From Acidobacteriota bacterium (GTDB lineage: Bacteria; Acidobacteriota; Thermoanaerobaculia; Thermoanaerobaculales; Sulfomarinibacteraceae): DNA of 64,000 bases. The notes under the pieces were generated by a model. That model ran no database searches. It saw only the letters and a program-made list of their open reading frames with translations, and was not told where the DNA came from. The stretch lies in the NCBI GenBank assembly GCA_015493585.1, contig WGCW01000004.1, positions 497-64,496 on the forward strand. Direction: 5' to 3'. Positions 19,755 through 29,665 of the stretch are shown piece by piece. Every line of letters begins with the position of its first letter. Within the stretch, counting starts at the first letter, position 1. A program made the translations under genes and the position numbers.

Positions 19755-21095
19755 CTAGCTGACGAGTTTCGAAACGAGGATGACGCCGATCAATGCCGGA
19801 CAGATCCATCTGATGAAAAAGATCCACACGGCGCGGAACCGGACAAAGCCTGGCGATCCGATCTCGATTTCCGATGCGGCATTCTTGAGCCCCCACACGG
19901 CGATGGCGAACACACAGAGGAGCAAAGAGCCGATCGCGAGGGAGAGGTTTCCCCACAGGAAATCCATGGCCTCGAGGAACCCGTGTTTCCCGAGGATCGT
20001 GATCGACGTCCATGGCGTGATCCCGGCGAGATCGAAGGCGGATGGAAGGCCGACGATGAATGCGGCGGCCCCGATCGTCCAGACCGAACGCCGCCGGGAC
20101 CAGCGGCGCTCATCGACGAAATACGCTGTGACCACCTCGAGCAGGGAGACCGTGGACGTTAACGCTGCCACACAAAGGAGGAAGAAGAAGACGATGCCGA
20201 CCACCGCGCCGCCTTCCATGCCGCCAAACACCTTCGGCAGAACCTGAAAGATCAACGTCGAGCCGGCCGCAGGATCCCCACCGAGGGCAAAGACCGCCGG
20301 AAAGATCATGAAGCCGGCCAGGATCGCAATCACGGTATCGAAAAGCACGACCGACGTCCCGCAAGTGACGATGCTGTCCTTCCTCGACAGGTAGGACCCA
20401 TAGGTCAACATGGCGCCCATCCCGAGCGACAGGGAGAAAAACCCCTGCGACATGGCGTTGAGGATCACTCGCGGCGTGATCTTTGAAAAATCAGGCGTGA
20501 CGAACCACTTAACGCCCGCCATGGCGCCTGGAAGCAAGAGACTCCGTACGATGATCGCGCCCATGATGACAACGAGCAAGGGCATCAAGATCTTGGTCCA
20601 CCGCTCGATGCCCCGTTGCACGCCGCCGCTGACGACGAGAACGGTCAAGATCAGGAACAGCGCAAAGTAGATGACGACTTCAACGGTTGCACCGCTGTAG
20701 ACGATGCCCTCGCCGAGCACGAGCTTCCGGACGTACAGGGCGCAGTAGGTCAGCACCTTGCCCGCAATCACCGAGTAATACGAAAGGATGCCGAGACCCG
20801 TCAGCAGCGCGAGATAGCCGAGGAGGCGCCACAGGCTTCGTGGCGCGACCGCCTTGATCGCCCCGACGGGGTTCCGGTGCGTCGCGCGGCCAAGACTGAT
20901 CTCGAGAAACATGACCGGGAGTGCAATGACCAGCACACAGACGAGGTAAACGAGAACGAACGCGCCGCCCCCGTTCTGCCCAGCCATGTACGGGAAGCGC
21001 CAAATATTGCCCAGTCCGACCGCTGACCCAGCCGCGGCGAGGATAAATCCGATCTGGGAGCCCCACTGGCCACGACGGGGCGACTGAGCGCTCAT
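19755..21095 (-). CDS. sodium-dependent transporter, neurotransmitter:sodium symporter (NSS/SNF) family
   Basis: AAGSAVGLGNIWRFPYMAGQNGGGAFV signature and a multi-pass membrane profile. Confidence 0.9.
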   Translation of the reverse strand: MSAQSPRRGQWGSQIGFILAAAGSAVGLGNIWRFPYMAGQNGGGAFVLVYLVCVLVIALPVMFLEISLGRATHRNPVGAIKAVAPRSLWRLLGYLALLTGLGILSYYSVIAGKVLTYCALYVRKLVLGEGIVYSGATVEVVIYFALFLILTVLVVSGGVQRGIERWTKILMPLLVVIMGAIIVRSLLLPGAMAGVKWFVTPDFSKITPRVILNAMSQGFFSLSLGMGAMLTYGSYLSRKDSIVTCGTSVVLFDTVIAILAGFMIFPAVFALGGDPAAGSTLIFQVLPKVFGGMEGGAVVGIVFFFLLCVAALTSTVSLLEVVTAYFVDERRWSRRRSVWTIGAAAFIVGLPSAFDLAGITPWTSITILGKHGFLEAMDFLWGNLSLAIGSLLLCVFAIAVWGLKNAASEIEIGSPGFVRFRAVWIFFIRWICPALIGVILVSKLVS

Positions 21096-21121
21096 CCCCG
21101 GCCTTCCCAGAACAGGATCAC

Positions 21122-21529
21122 TTACGTCCTCCGATGCTGCGCCACCTGAAGCCTCGTGATGGCCATCTGAAGCTTTGCGCGCATCTTTTCGAGCTCGACC
21201 ATGTCAACGGTCTTCAACGCTGCCTCGGCCTCGTGTTTGTCCTGCTCCGCCTGGCTAACATCGATTTCCTCGGGCGTCTCAGCCACGGTGGCCAGCACGG
21301 TGACGCGGTCAGGCAGGATCTCTGCAAACCCCCATTGAATCGCGAGGTAGCTTTCACGATGGTCTATCCGGTACATCAGCTCGCCAATCCCCAGCGAGGT
21401 CAGCAGCGGAGTGTGCCCAGGAAGGACCCCCAACGCTCCCAGGGTTCCCGGAAGCTGAACCTCGTCGACCTCGAGATCGAGAAGCCGGCGGACCTGGGTG
21501 ACCACCTCGAGATGGAGCCGATTGGGCAC
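21122..21529 (-). CDS. atpC: F0F1 ATP synthase subunit epsilon
   Basis: 135 aa, LEVVTQ...LPGTLGALGVLPGHTPLLT, immediately downstream of atpD. Confidence 0.9.
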   Translation of the reverse strand: MPNRLHLEVVTQVRRLLDLEVDEVQLPGTLGALGVLPGHTPLLTSLGIGELMYRIDHRESYLAIQWGFAEILPDRVTVLATVAETPEEIDVSQAEQDKHEAEAALKTVDMVELEKMRAKLQMAITRLQVAQHRRT

Positions 21530-21530
21530 C

Positions 21531-22988
<1,458 letters not shown>

Positions 22989-23849
22989 CTACTCCTCCAG
23001 CGCCTGCGCGCCGGATACGATCTCAATTAGCTCCTTGGTGATAGCGGCTTGCCGCGTTCTGTTGTACAGCAGGGTCAGCCGGTCGATCATGTCGTTGGCA
23101 TTCTTCGTTGCGGCATCCATCGCGGTCATCCGCGCGGCATGCTCGGCCGCCGATGAATCGTACAGCGCCGTCTGCACCTGGACCTCAATGTGACGCGGTA
23201 GCAACTCTCCGAGCAACGTCGCCGCATCCGGTTCGTAGATATAGTCGATGTTTGGCAACGTCGCCTCATCGCCCGCAGGTGGCTCGACTGGCAACAGCCG
23301 TGCCAGCACCGTCTCGTGGCGAATCAAGGACAGAAACCGGTTGTACACGACCCAGATTTCATCCGCCTCGCCGGCCGTGAACGCATCGATCAGCGAGGCT
23401 GCGATTCTGCGGCCCTCGGCCGCCGTAATGTTTGACATCACGTTGGGCTCAGCCGCGGCCACGGTATACGCACGTTTCGTGAAGAAATCGACGGCCTTCT
23501 TGCCAATCGGTACAACCTGCGGTGACGCCCACCGGTCCGAATCGAGGAGCTGAGCTGCGTAGCGGAGGAGGTTGTGGTTGAACGAGCCGCACAACCCCTT
23601 GTCCGACGTGATGACCACAAGCCATACGCTTCGGACGTCCCGCTGCTGCAAGAGCGGGTGCGTATGCTCGGTGCGCTCCGCCAGGCTCCCGAGGACGCGG
23701 GAGAGCGTCTCGGCGTACGGCCGCGCTTGGAGGATTCGCACCTGGGCGCGGCGGAGCTTGGCCGCCGCGACCATCTTCATCGCCTTGGTGATCTGCTGCG
23801 TCCCCTTGACGGACCGGATGCGTCTGCGAAGATCTCTAGTGTTTGCCAA
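22989..23849 (-). CDS. atpG: F0F1 ATP synthase subunit gamma
   Basis: [35 protein letters not shown]. The start is taken at TTG 23849. The tracked ORF extends to 23897, well into atpA. Confidence 0.88.
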   Translation of the reverse strand: MANTRDLRRRIRSVKGTQQITKAMKMVAAAKLRRAQVRILQARPYAETLSRVLGSLAERTEHTHPLLQQRDVRSVWLVVITSDKGLCGSFNHNLLRYAAQLLDSDRWASPQVVPIGKKAVDFFTKRAYTVAAAEPNVMSNITAAEGRRIAASLIDAFTAGEADEIWVVYNRFLSLIRHETVLARLLPVEPPAGDEATLPNIDYIYEPDAATLLGELLPRHIEVQVQTALYDSSAAEHAARMTAMDAATKNANDMIDRLTLLYNRTRQAAITKELIEIVSGAQALEE

Positions 23850-25374
23850 GGGCGGCCTCCGGGTTTTCCTTCTTGAAGCGCTCGACCGCAGCACCAATCA
23901 CACGATCGAGCTCCTCGCGGGTCTGATCATCGAGCTTTCCTGTTGAGGTGATCCGCTCGAGCGTGTCTGGAGCCTCGTCGCGAACCGTTTGGTGAAGGAA
24001 CCGCTCGAACACCAGGATAAACGAGACTTTGAGGCTATCGAGGAAGCCCTGAGTTCCGGCGTAAATTGACACGATCTGAAGCTCGACCGGGAGCGGCTTG
24101 TACTGCCCCTGGCGGAGGATCTCCATCAGCCGCTCGCCACGTGCAAGCTGCTGTTGTGTGGCCTTGTCGAGATCGGAGCCAAACTGGGCGAACGCAGCGA
24201 GCTCGCGATACTGAGCAAGGTCGAGCCGCAGCGAGCCGGCGATGGCCTTCATCGCCTTGATCTGGGCGTTACCGCCGACGCGGCTGACCGACAGGCCAAC
24301 GTTCACGGCGGGCCGCTGACCGGAGTAGAACAGGTCGGACTCGAGGTAGATCTGCCCGTCGGTGATGGAAATGACGTTCGTCGGAATGTAGGCTGAGACA
24401 TCGCCCATCTGCGTTTCGATCACCGGGAGCGCCGTCAGGCTTCCGCCACCGAGGTCGTCCCGCAACTTTGCGGCGCGCTCCAGAAGCCGGGAGTGAAGGT
24501 AAAAGACGTCGCCGGGGAACGCCTCGCGGCCCGGCGGACGCCTCAACAGCAGTGAGATCTCACGGTAGGCCTGTGCATGCTTCGACAGGTCGTCATAGAA
24601 GCAGACCGCGTTCCCGTTGTTGTAGAGGAAGTACTCGCCCATCGCACACCCCGCGTACGGCGCCAAGTACTGCAACGGTGCTGGCTCGGAGGCGGTTGCC
24701 GAGACAACGATCGTGTGCTCCATGGCGCCGTGCTTCTCCAGGGTCGCGATGACCTGCGCAACCGTCGACTTCTTCTGACCGATCGCGACGTAAATGCAGA
24801 TGTTGCCCGTGCCCTTCTGATTGATAATGCTATCGAGAATGATGGCGGTTTTCCCGGTCTGCCGGTCTCCGATGATCAGCTCACGCTGACCGCGCCCGAT
24901 CGGGATCATCGAGTCGATCGCCTTGATGCCCGTCTGCATCGGTTCTTTCACCGGCTGGCGCGCGACAACGCCGGGGGCAATCCGCTCCACCGGATAGTGG
25001 TCCTCCGCCTCGATCGGCCCCTTCCCGTCGAGCGGCTGTCCGAGAGGATCGACCACGCGGCCGACCAGCGCTGGACCGACCGGCACCTGGATGATCCGCT
25101 TGGTGCGGCGAACCTGGTCGCCCTCTCGAATCAGCTGGGTTTCACCCATCAGCACGGCGCCGACGTTGTCCTCTTCGAGGTTGAGCGCCAGGCCGTAGAC
25201 CCCGTTGGGAAATTCGAGGAGCTCCCCAGCCATGGCGCCGTCGAGCCCATAGACTCGCGCAATGCCATCGCCCACGGAGATGACGGTTCCGATTTCGGCC
25301 ATGTCGATGGTGGTCTCGTGACCCTCGATCTGGCGGCGGATGATGTCGGCTATTTCGGAGGCTTTGATCTGCAT
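23836..25374 (-). CDS. atpA: F0F1 ATP synthase subunit alpha
   Basis: [10 protein letters not shown] and [41 protein letters not shown]. Confidence 0.97.
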   Translation of the reverse strand: MQIKASEIADIIRRQIEGHETTIDMAEIGTVISVGDGIARVYGLDGAMAGELLEFPNGVYGLALNLEEDNVGAVLMGETQLIREGDQVRRTKRIIQVPVGPALVGRVVDPLGQPLDGKGPIEAEDHYPVERIAPGVVARQPVKEPMQTGIKAIDSMIPIGRGQRELIIGDRQTGKTAIILDSIINQKGTGNICIYVAIGQKKSTVAQVIATLEKHGAMEHTIVVSATASEPAPLQYLAPYAGCAMGEYFLYNNGNAVCFYDDLSKHAQAYREISLLLRRPPGREAFPGDVFYLHSRLLERAAKLRDDLGGGSLTALPVIETQMGDVSAYIPTNVISITDGQIYLESDLFYSGQRPAVNVGLSVSRVGGNAQIKAMKAIAGSLRLDLAQYRELAAFAQFGSDLDKATQQQLARGERLMEILRQGQYKPLPVELQIVSIYAGTQGFLDSLKVSFILVFERFLHQTVRDEAPDTLERITSTGKLDDQTREELDRVIGAAVERFKKENPEAALGKH

Positions 25375-25403
25375 AAACTACCTCAAGGTTGTGGTCAATG
25401 TTG

Positions 25404-25946
25404 CTACGTTCTGACCTGGCGGACCAGCTGTTCGAGCTGTCCTGCCAGCGAGCCATCGAAGACCCTGGATCCCAGGGTCGCGCGAAAACCGGCGAGTAGG
25501 GCGTCGTTTCGCTCGAAATCGGCGACGATCTCAGCGTGGACGACTCCTGCCAACGTATCGACGATTCGCTCCTGCTCCGACCGGTCGGCCTCACCGGCGA
25601 CCTCGACCTTGGCACGGACCCGGCCATGATGCCGGTCGACGAGCTCACGGTAGGCAGCGACGATCGATGCCATATGGAGGAACCTGTAGTTGCGTTGCAG
25701 GACGTGTGCAAAGCTGCGGGTTGGCTCCTCGATCTTGAGAAGGTCGAGGAGGCCCTCGACAATCCCGGTCTTTTCTTCAACCGTAATGTTCGGTGTGACG
25801 ACGGCGCGTCTCAGCTCCGGCGAAATCCCGATCGCCTGGGACAGGCGGGACAATTCGTCCGCCGCTGCTTCCTCGCGCTCAGGCGCGCGGTCGAGGATCA
25901 CCTGGTGAAACGCCTTTGCGTACGGTACCGGCCGGAAATACCCCAT
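25404..25946 (-). CDS. atpH: F0F1 ATP synthase subunit delta (OSCP)
   Basis: 180 aa located between the b and alpha genes, with an OSCP-like C-terminus GGFRATLGSRVFDGSLAGQL. Confidence 0.85.
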   Translation of the reverse strand: MGYFRPVPYAKAFHQVILDRAPEREEAAADELSRLSQAIGISPELRRAVVTPNITVEEKTGIVEGLLDLLKIEEPTRSFAHVLQRNYRFLHMASIVAAYRELVDRHHGRVRAKVEVAGEADRSEQERIVDTLAGVVHAEIVADFERNDALLAGFRATLGSRVFDGSLAGQLEQLVRQVRT

Positions 25947-25948
25947 CG

Positions 25949-26512
25949 TCAGCCCTTCTCCTCCAGCGAGCGCAGCGCGGCCAGGCTTCGTTCGAGCAGT
26001 CGCGCGCGATCCGCATCGGTCATCTCCTTCGACAGGAGCTCGCGCGCCATCTGAGCCGTCAGCGCGGCCGTATCCTCGGCAAGCCGCCGGCGCACGTCCG
26101 CTGTCCGCCGCGCAATCTCCTCATCAACCTTACCGAGAAAGCGTTTCTCCTCCGCTTCGGCCTCGGCCTCGATCCGCGCGACCTCAGCCTTGGCCTCCCG
26201 TTCGGCCCGCGCACGGAGCTGCTCGAGCTCCTTCTGGACGCTCGCCAACCTCTCCTCAACCTCGGCGCGCAGCGCTTCGGCCCGCTCGAGTTTTTCCCGC
26301 GCATCTTCGAACTGCTGGCCGATATTCCTCCGGCGAGCATCGAGAAAGCGGCCAAGCGGCCGGCCAATAAACCAGATCAGAACGGCCAGGAAGGTCAGGA
26401 GATTGAGAAGCTTCCACCATGGATCTGGAATCCCAAAGGTCGTCCCTTCTCCCGCCCATGCCGGCGCCGCGACGAGCGCGAAAGCTGCTGCCCCAACAAA
26501 CGCCTTCCTCAT
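25949..26512 (-). CDS. atpF: F0F1 ATP synthase subunit b
   Basis: Single N-terminal TM helix followed by a long Glu/Ala/Arg-rich coiled coil, in the operon position. Confidence 0.8.
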   Translation of the reverse strand: MRKAFVGAAAFALVAAPAWAGEGTTFGIPDPWWKLLNLLTFLAVLIWFIGRPLGRFLDARRRNIGQQFEDAREKLERAEALRAEVEERLASVQKELEQLRARAEREAKAEVARIEAEAEAEEKRFLGKVDEEIARRTADVRRRLAEDTAALTAQMARELLSKEMTDADRARLLERSLAALRSLEEKG

Positions 26513-26940
26513 GAGGCCACCTCACGTTCGAGCAAACGGGAGGCGAGGATCTTCGCCAACTCAGACGCCTTTTGCTTGAGCTCGTCTCTCGCGGCAGCGC
26601 TCGTGCGATCGAGTTCACGAAGTGCTTCTTCCAGCCGCCGGGCTGCGTCTGCACGCGCCTTTTCAAGCCGTTCCTGCCGCGCGTCGAGAGCCTTCTGGCG
26701 AAGCTCGGCGCGGTGTTTCGCCGCATCGCGTGCCGCACGGTCGCTCTCCTCCTCGAGCCGTGATGTCGCATCGAGGTACTCCTGATGGCGTTGCGACCAC
26801 TCGGCCTCGGCGTGATCGAGCCGCCGCGTGCGTTCGTTGACGACCTCGGTGACCGGCTTGATGAGGAAGTGGTTGATGACCCAATATGCAACCCAGAAGC
26901 AGATCATGATCAACAGGAGAGAATAGTTCGGTGTAATCAT
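26509..26940 (-). CDS. F0F1 ATP synthase subunit b' (second b-type stalk subunit)
   Basis: 143 aa with an N-terminal TM helix (LLLIMICFWVAYWVINHFLIKP) and a charged coiled coil. 4-nt overlap with atpF. Confidence 0.75.
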   Translation of the reverse strand: MITPNYSLLLIMICFWVAYWVINHFLIKPVTEVVNERTRRLDHAEAEWSQRHQEYLDATSRLEEESDRAARDAAKHRAELRQKALDARQERLEKARADAARRLEEALRELDRTSAAARDELKQKASELAKILASRLLEREVAS

Positions 26941-26984
26941 AAACCTCGTCCGCCAGCCTGCGTTTCCCCGCTCTGGGGCGCCTC

Positions 26985-27013
26985 AAGCTAACAAACCCCG
27001 AAAAACCCGTCAA
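26985..27013 (-). promoter_or_regulatory. candidate sigma70-type promoter of the ATP synthase b'-...-epsilon operon
   Basis: The reverse strand reads TTGACG-17 nt-TAGCTT about 45 nt upstream of the b' ATG. The -35 overlaps the bactofilin stop codon. Confidence 0.3.
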
Positions 27014-27393
27014 GTTTTCTTAATATGCGCTGCCGCCTTATTTGATCCGCCCTCCGGGGGCACAGCCTCCATGGCGACGCGGCCCTCCAGAAACGCTCCT
27101 TCTTCCATCACGATGACTGGGCTGTGGATGTCGGCCCAGACCTTGGCCGAGGCGTGCAGCGTCACGGATTCCGAGGCGTCAACACTCCCACGCACGCTGC
27201 CGCCGATCAAACAGCGTGCGACATGGATTTCCCCCTCGACGACCCCCTTGCCTCCGATGATGAGCTCGGAGCTGGAGTGAATCGTTCCCTCGACGTGGCC
27301 ATCGACGCGAAAGGCATTTTCGAAGGTGACCTCTCCCTTAATCCGGCAACCGGAATCTACGAACCCGTTGAGCGTATCACTGTTCTTGGTCAT
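27010..27393 (-). CDS. bactofilin-family cytoskeletal protein
   Basis: 127 aa with repetitive beta-helix pattern: KGEVTFENAFRVDGHVEGTIHSSSELIIGGKGVVEGEIHVARCLIGGSVRGSV... 17-nt overlap with the parB 3' end. Confidence 0.85.
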   Translation of the reverse strand: MTKNSDTLNGFVDSGCRIKGEVTFENAFRVDGHVEGTIHSSSELIIGGKGVVEGEIHVARCLIGGSVRGSVDASESVTLHASAKVWADIHSPVIVMEEGAFLEGRVAMEAVPPEGGSNKAAAHIKKT

Positions 27394-28267
27394 TGCCGTC
27401 CCCTCCCATCAACAGATCAAACACGCGGAGGAGCTGCCCGTGATCGTGACAGTGAATGACGATACGCCCCCCCCTCCGCCTTTGTTGAATGCTCACCCTC
27501 GCGCCGAGCCGCAGACTCAACCGGTCCTCCGCCACCTGGATATTCGGGTCCGGTTTCGCCGCCGGCTTGGTCTTTCGCCGCCTGGCACCCCCTTCCGGAC
27601 CCGCGGCGGCCGCTCGCTCGAGATCCCGCACCGTTGCGAGACCCTCGGCGGCCCGGCCGGCCCACATCAACTGCTCATCAGGATCATCGAACGCGAGGAG
27701 GGACCGTGCATGACTGGCCCCGAGATGTCCGGAGTCCACCATTTCTTGAATCTTGGGGGGAAGCTTGAGCAGTCGGAGCGCATTGGCGATCGAGCTGCGA
27801 TCCCGGCCTACCTTGTCCGCAATTTCGGCCTGCGAAAGCCCCGCGATCGTTCGCAGCTGTTCGTAGGCCCTCGCTTCCTCGAGCGGCGTCAGATCGCGCC
27901 TCTGAACATTCTCAACGAGTGCAAGCTCAAGCTCCCCACGCTGATTCAGCCGCTCGCGAATGACGGCGGGCACGGTTCCAAGCCCCGCCAGCCTTGCTGC
28001 GCGCCACCGCCGCTCTCCGGCGATCAGCACGTAATGTCCCTCTGTGTCCTCGCTGACGAGGAGCGGCTGGAGAACCCCATGCTCGGCGACTGAGGCGGCG
28101 AGCTGATCCAGCGCCTCAGGATCGAACCTGTGACGTGGCTGATTGGGGTTCGGCCGGATGGCATCGACCGGGATCTCGGTCAACCCGCTCCTGGCCCGCG
28201 GCGTGTCGGGGATCAGTGCCTTGAGACCGCGCCCGAGAGCCTGCTTACGCCCCACGACCGCCTCCAA
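27377..28267 (-). CDS. parB: chromosome partitioning protein ParB (Spo0J)
   Basis: LGRGLKALI, NPNQPR, and LIAGERRWRAARLAG (ParB box / HTH). Confidence 0.93.
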   Translation of the reverse strand: MEAVVGRKQALGRGLKALIPDTPRARSGLTEIPVDAIRPNPNQPRHRFDPEALDQLAASVAEHGVLQPLLVSEDTEGHYVLIAGERRWRAARLAGLGTVPAVIRERLNQRGELELALVENVQRRDLTPLEEARAYEQLRTIAGLSQAEIADKVGRDRSSIANALRLLKLPPKIQEMVDSGHLGASHARSLLAFDDPDEQLMWAGRAAEGLATVRDLERAAAAGPEGGARRRKTKPAAKPDPNIQVAEDRLSLRLGARVSIQQRRRGGRIVIHCHDHGQLLRVFDLLMGGDGNDQEQ

Positions 28268-29033
28268 GCCGCTCCAGGTACTCGCGGCCCGCTTCCAGAT
28301 ATGCCTGCGACCCCCGGCTTCTCAACGCGTAGGCGTGGATCGGGCGTCCGAAGGACGGCGCCTCGGCGAGCCGGACGTTCCGTGGCACCACGGTCGTGAA
28401 CACATCGTTGCCAAACACCGATCGTACCTCCTCGGCCACCTGTTGCGCGAGATTGGTCCGCTCATCGTACATGGTCAACAGGATGCCGTCGAGCGCGAGA
28501 TCAGGGTTGAGGAAACGGCGGACCTGATCGACCGTCCGCATGAGATCGGACAATCCCTCCAGGGCGAAATACTCACACTGTATCGGCACGATCAGGGCGT
28601 CTGCGGCCGCCAGCGCGTTGATGGTCAACAGGCCAAGGGACGGTGGACAGTCGACGAGGACGAACCGGTACTCCTCAATGGTATCGAGCGCATCGCGAAG
28701 CCGAAACTCTCGTCCCATCATTCCGACGAGCTCGACCTCAGCGCCCGCGAGATCTGCGGTCGCCGGCACGATTGCCAAGTGCGGGAAGCTGGTCGCACGG
28801 CTGGCTTCCGCGATCGACGCCGCGCCGGTCAGCACCTGGTAGCTCGTCGGCTCATCCTCATCAGGCTCACAGCCCACGCCGGACGTACAGTTCGCCTGAG
28901 GATCAATATCAATGAGCAGCGTTTCCTGCTCGTACGCGGCCAAAGCCGCACCGAGATTGATGGCGGTGGTCGTCTTTCCGACGCCGCCCTTCTGGTTGGC
29001 CACGGCCACAATACGAGGTTTCACGTGAAACAT
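28245..29033 (-). CDS. parA: chromosome partitioning ATPase ParA (Soj)
   Basis: Deviant Walker A NQKGGVGKTTTAINL and LVDCPPSLG. Confidence 0.95.
   Translation of the reverse strand: MFHVKPRIVAVANQKGGVGKTTTAINLGAALAAYEQETLLIDIDPQANCTSGVGCEPDEDEPTSYQVLTGAASIAEASRATSFPHLAIVPATADLAGAEVELVGMMGREFRLRDALDTIEEYRFVLVDCPPSLGLLTINALAAADALIVPIQCEYFALEGLSDLMRTVDQVRRFLNPDLALDGILLTMYDERTNLAQQVAEEVRSVFGNDVFTTVVPRNVRLAEAPSFGRPIHAYALRSRGSQAYLEAGREYLERLGGGRGA
29017..29032. promoter_or_regulatory. parS site (15/16 to TGTTTCACGTGAAACA) inside the first codons of parA
   Basis: ggtttcacgtgaaaca on the plus strand. On the minus strand it reads A-TGTTTCACGTGAAACC, that is ATG TTT CAC GTG AAA CC (M F H V K P of ParA). 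Confidence 0.8.
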
Positions 29034-29665
29034 GGTTGAAATTCTGCCAAGCGGCCCGTCTCAAGCCCGGGCAGCGGCCAGCTTACCATACGCCAGCCCG
29101 CGGTTCCCTCGAACCCGTCCAGAGCCCTCTCCGTCGTCCAAAGCAACAGTTTTCCGCCGGGGCGGAGCCGTTCCCGCCACCACTCGAGCAGAGCCCCAGG
29201 GTTCCCCAATGCTCGCGACACGACCACGTCGACTGCTTCGGGGCCCAGGTCGAGATCCTGGTACCGGTGTTGGACAGCCTCGGCGTCGAGACCGAGCTCG
29301 CGGATGACCAGTCTGAGAAATGCCCACCGTTTCGTCCTCGGCTCGATCAGCACCCCGTGCCATCCGGGCTTGGCAACGAGGAGCGGGATCCCGGGAAATC
29401 CGGCCCCGGAGCCAACATCGGCGAGAACACCGTTCTTCCCCTCGATGTGCGGCGCACCACGCAGCGATTCGACGATGTGCCGTTCGATCAGCTCCTCCCG
29501 GTTCCGGACCCGCACGAGGTTATGTGCGGCGTTCCATCGCTCCAGGAGCTCGACGTAGACCGATAATGGCGTGATCAACGCTGGATCGACGTCCGCGCGC
29601 CGGAGGAGAACGTCGGCGCGCTCAGGCACGGTCCACCCCGCGGCGGGAGAGGATCCTCCCGGCAA
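29021..29665 (-). CDS. rsmG: 16S rRNA (guanine527-N7)-methyltransferase RsmG (GidB)
   Basis: ERWNAAHNL and DVGSGAGFPGIPL SAM motif. An alternative GTG start at 29629 would reduce the overlap with mnmG to 8 nt. Confidence 0.88.
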   Translation of the reverse strand: MPGGSSPAAGWTVPERADVLLRRADVDPALITPLSVYVELLERWNAAHNLVRVRNREELIERHIVESLRGAPHIEGKNGVLADVGSGAGFPGIPLLVAKPGWHGVLIEPRTKRWAFLRLVIRELGLDAEAVQHRYQDLDLGPEAVDVVVSRALGNPGALLEWWRERLRPGGKLLLWTTERALDGFEGTAGWRMVSWPLPGLETGRLAEFQPCFT

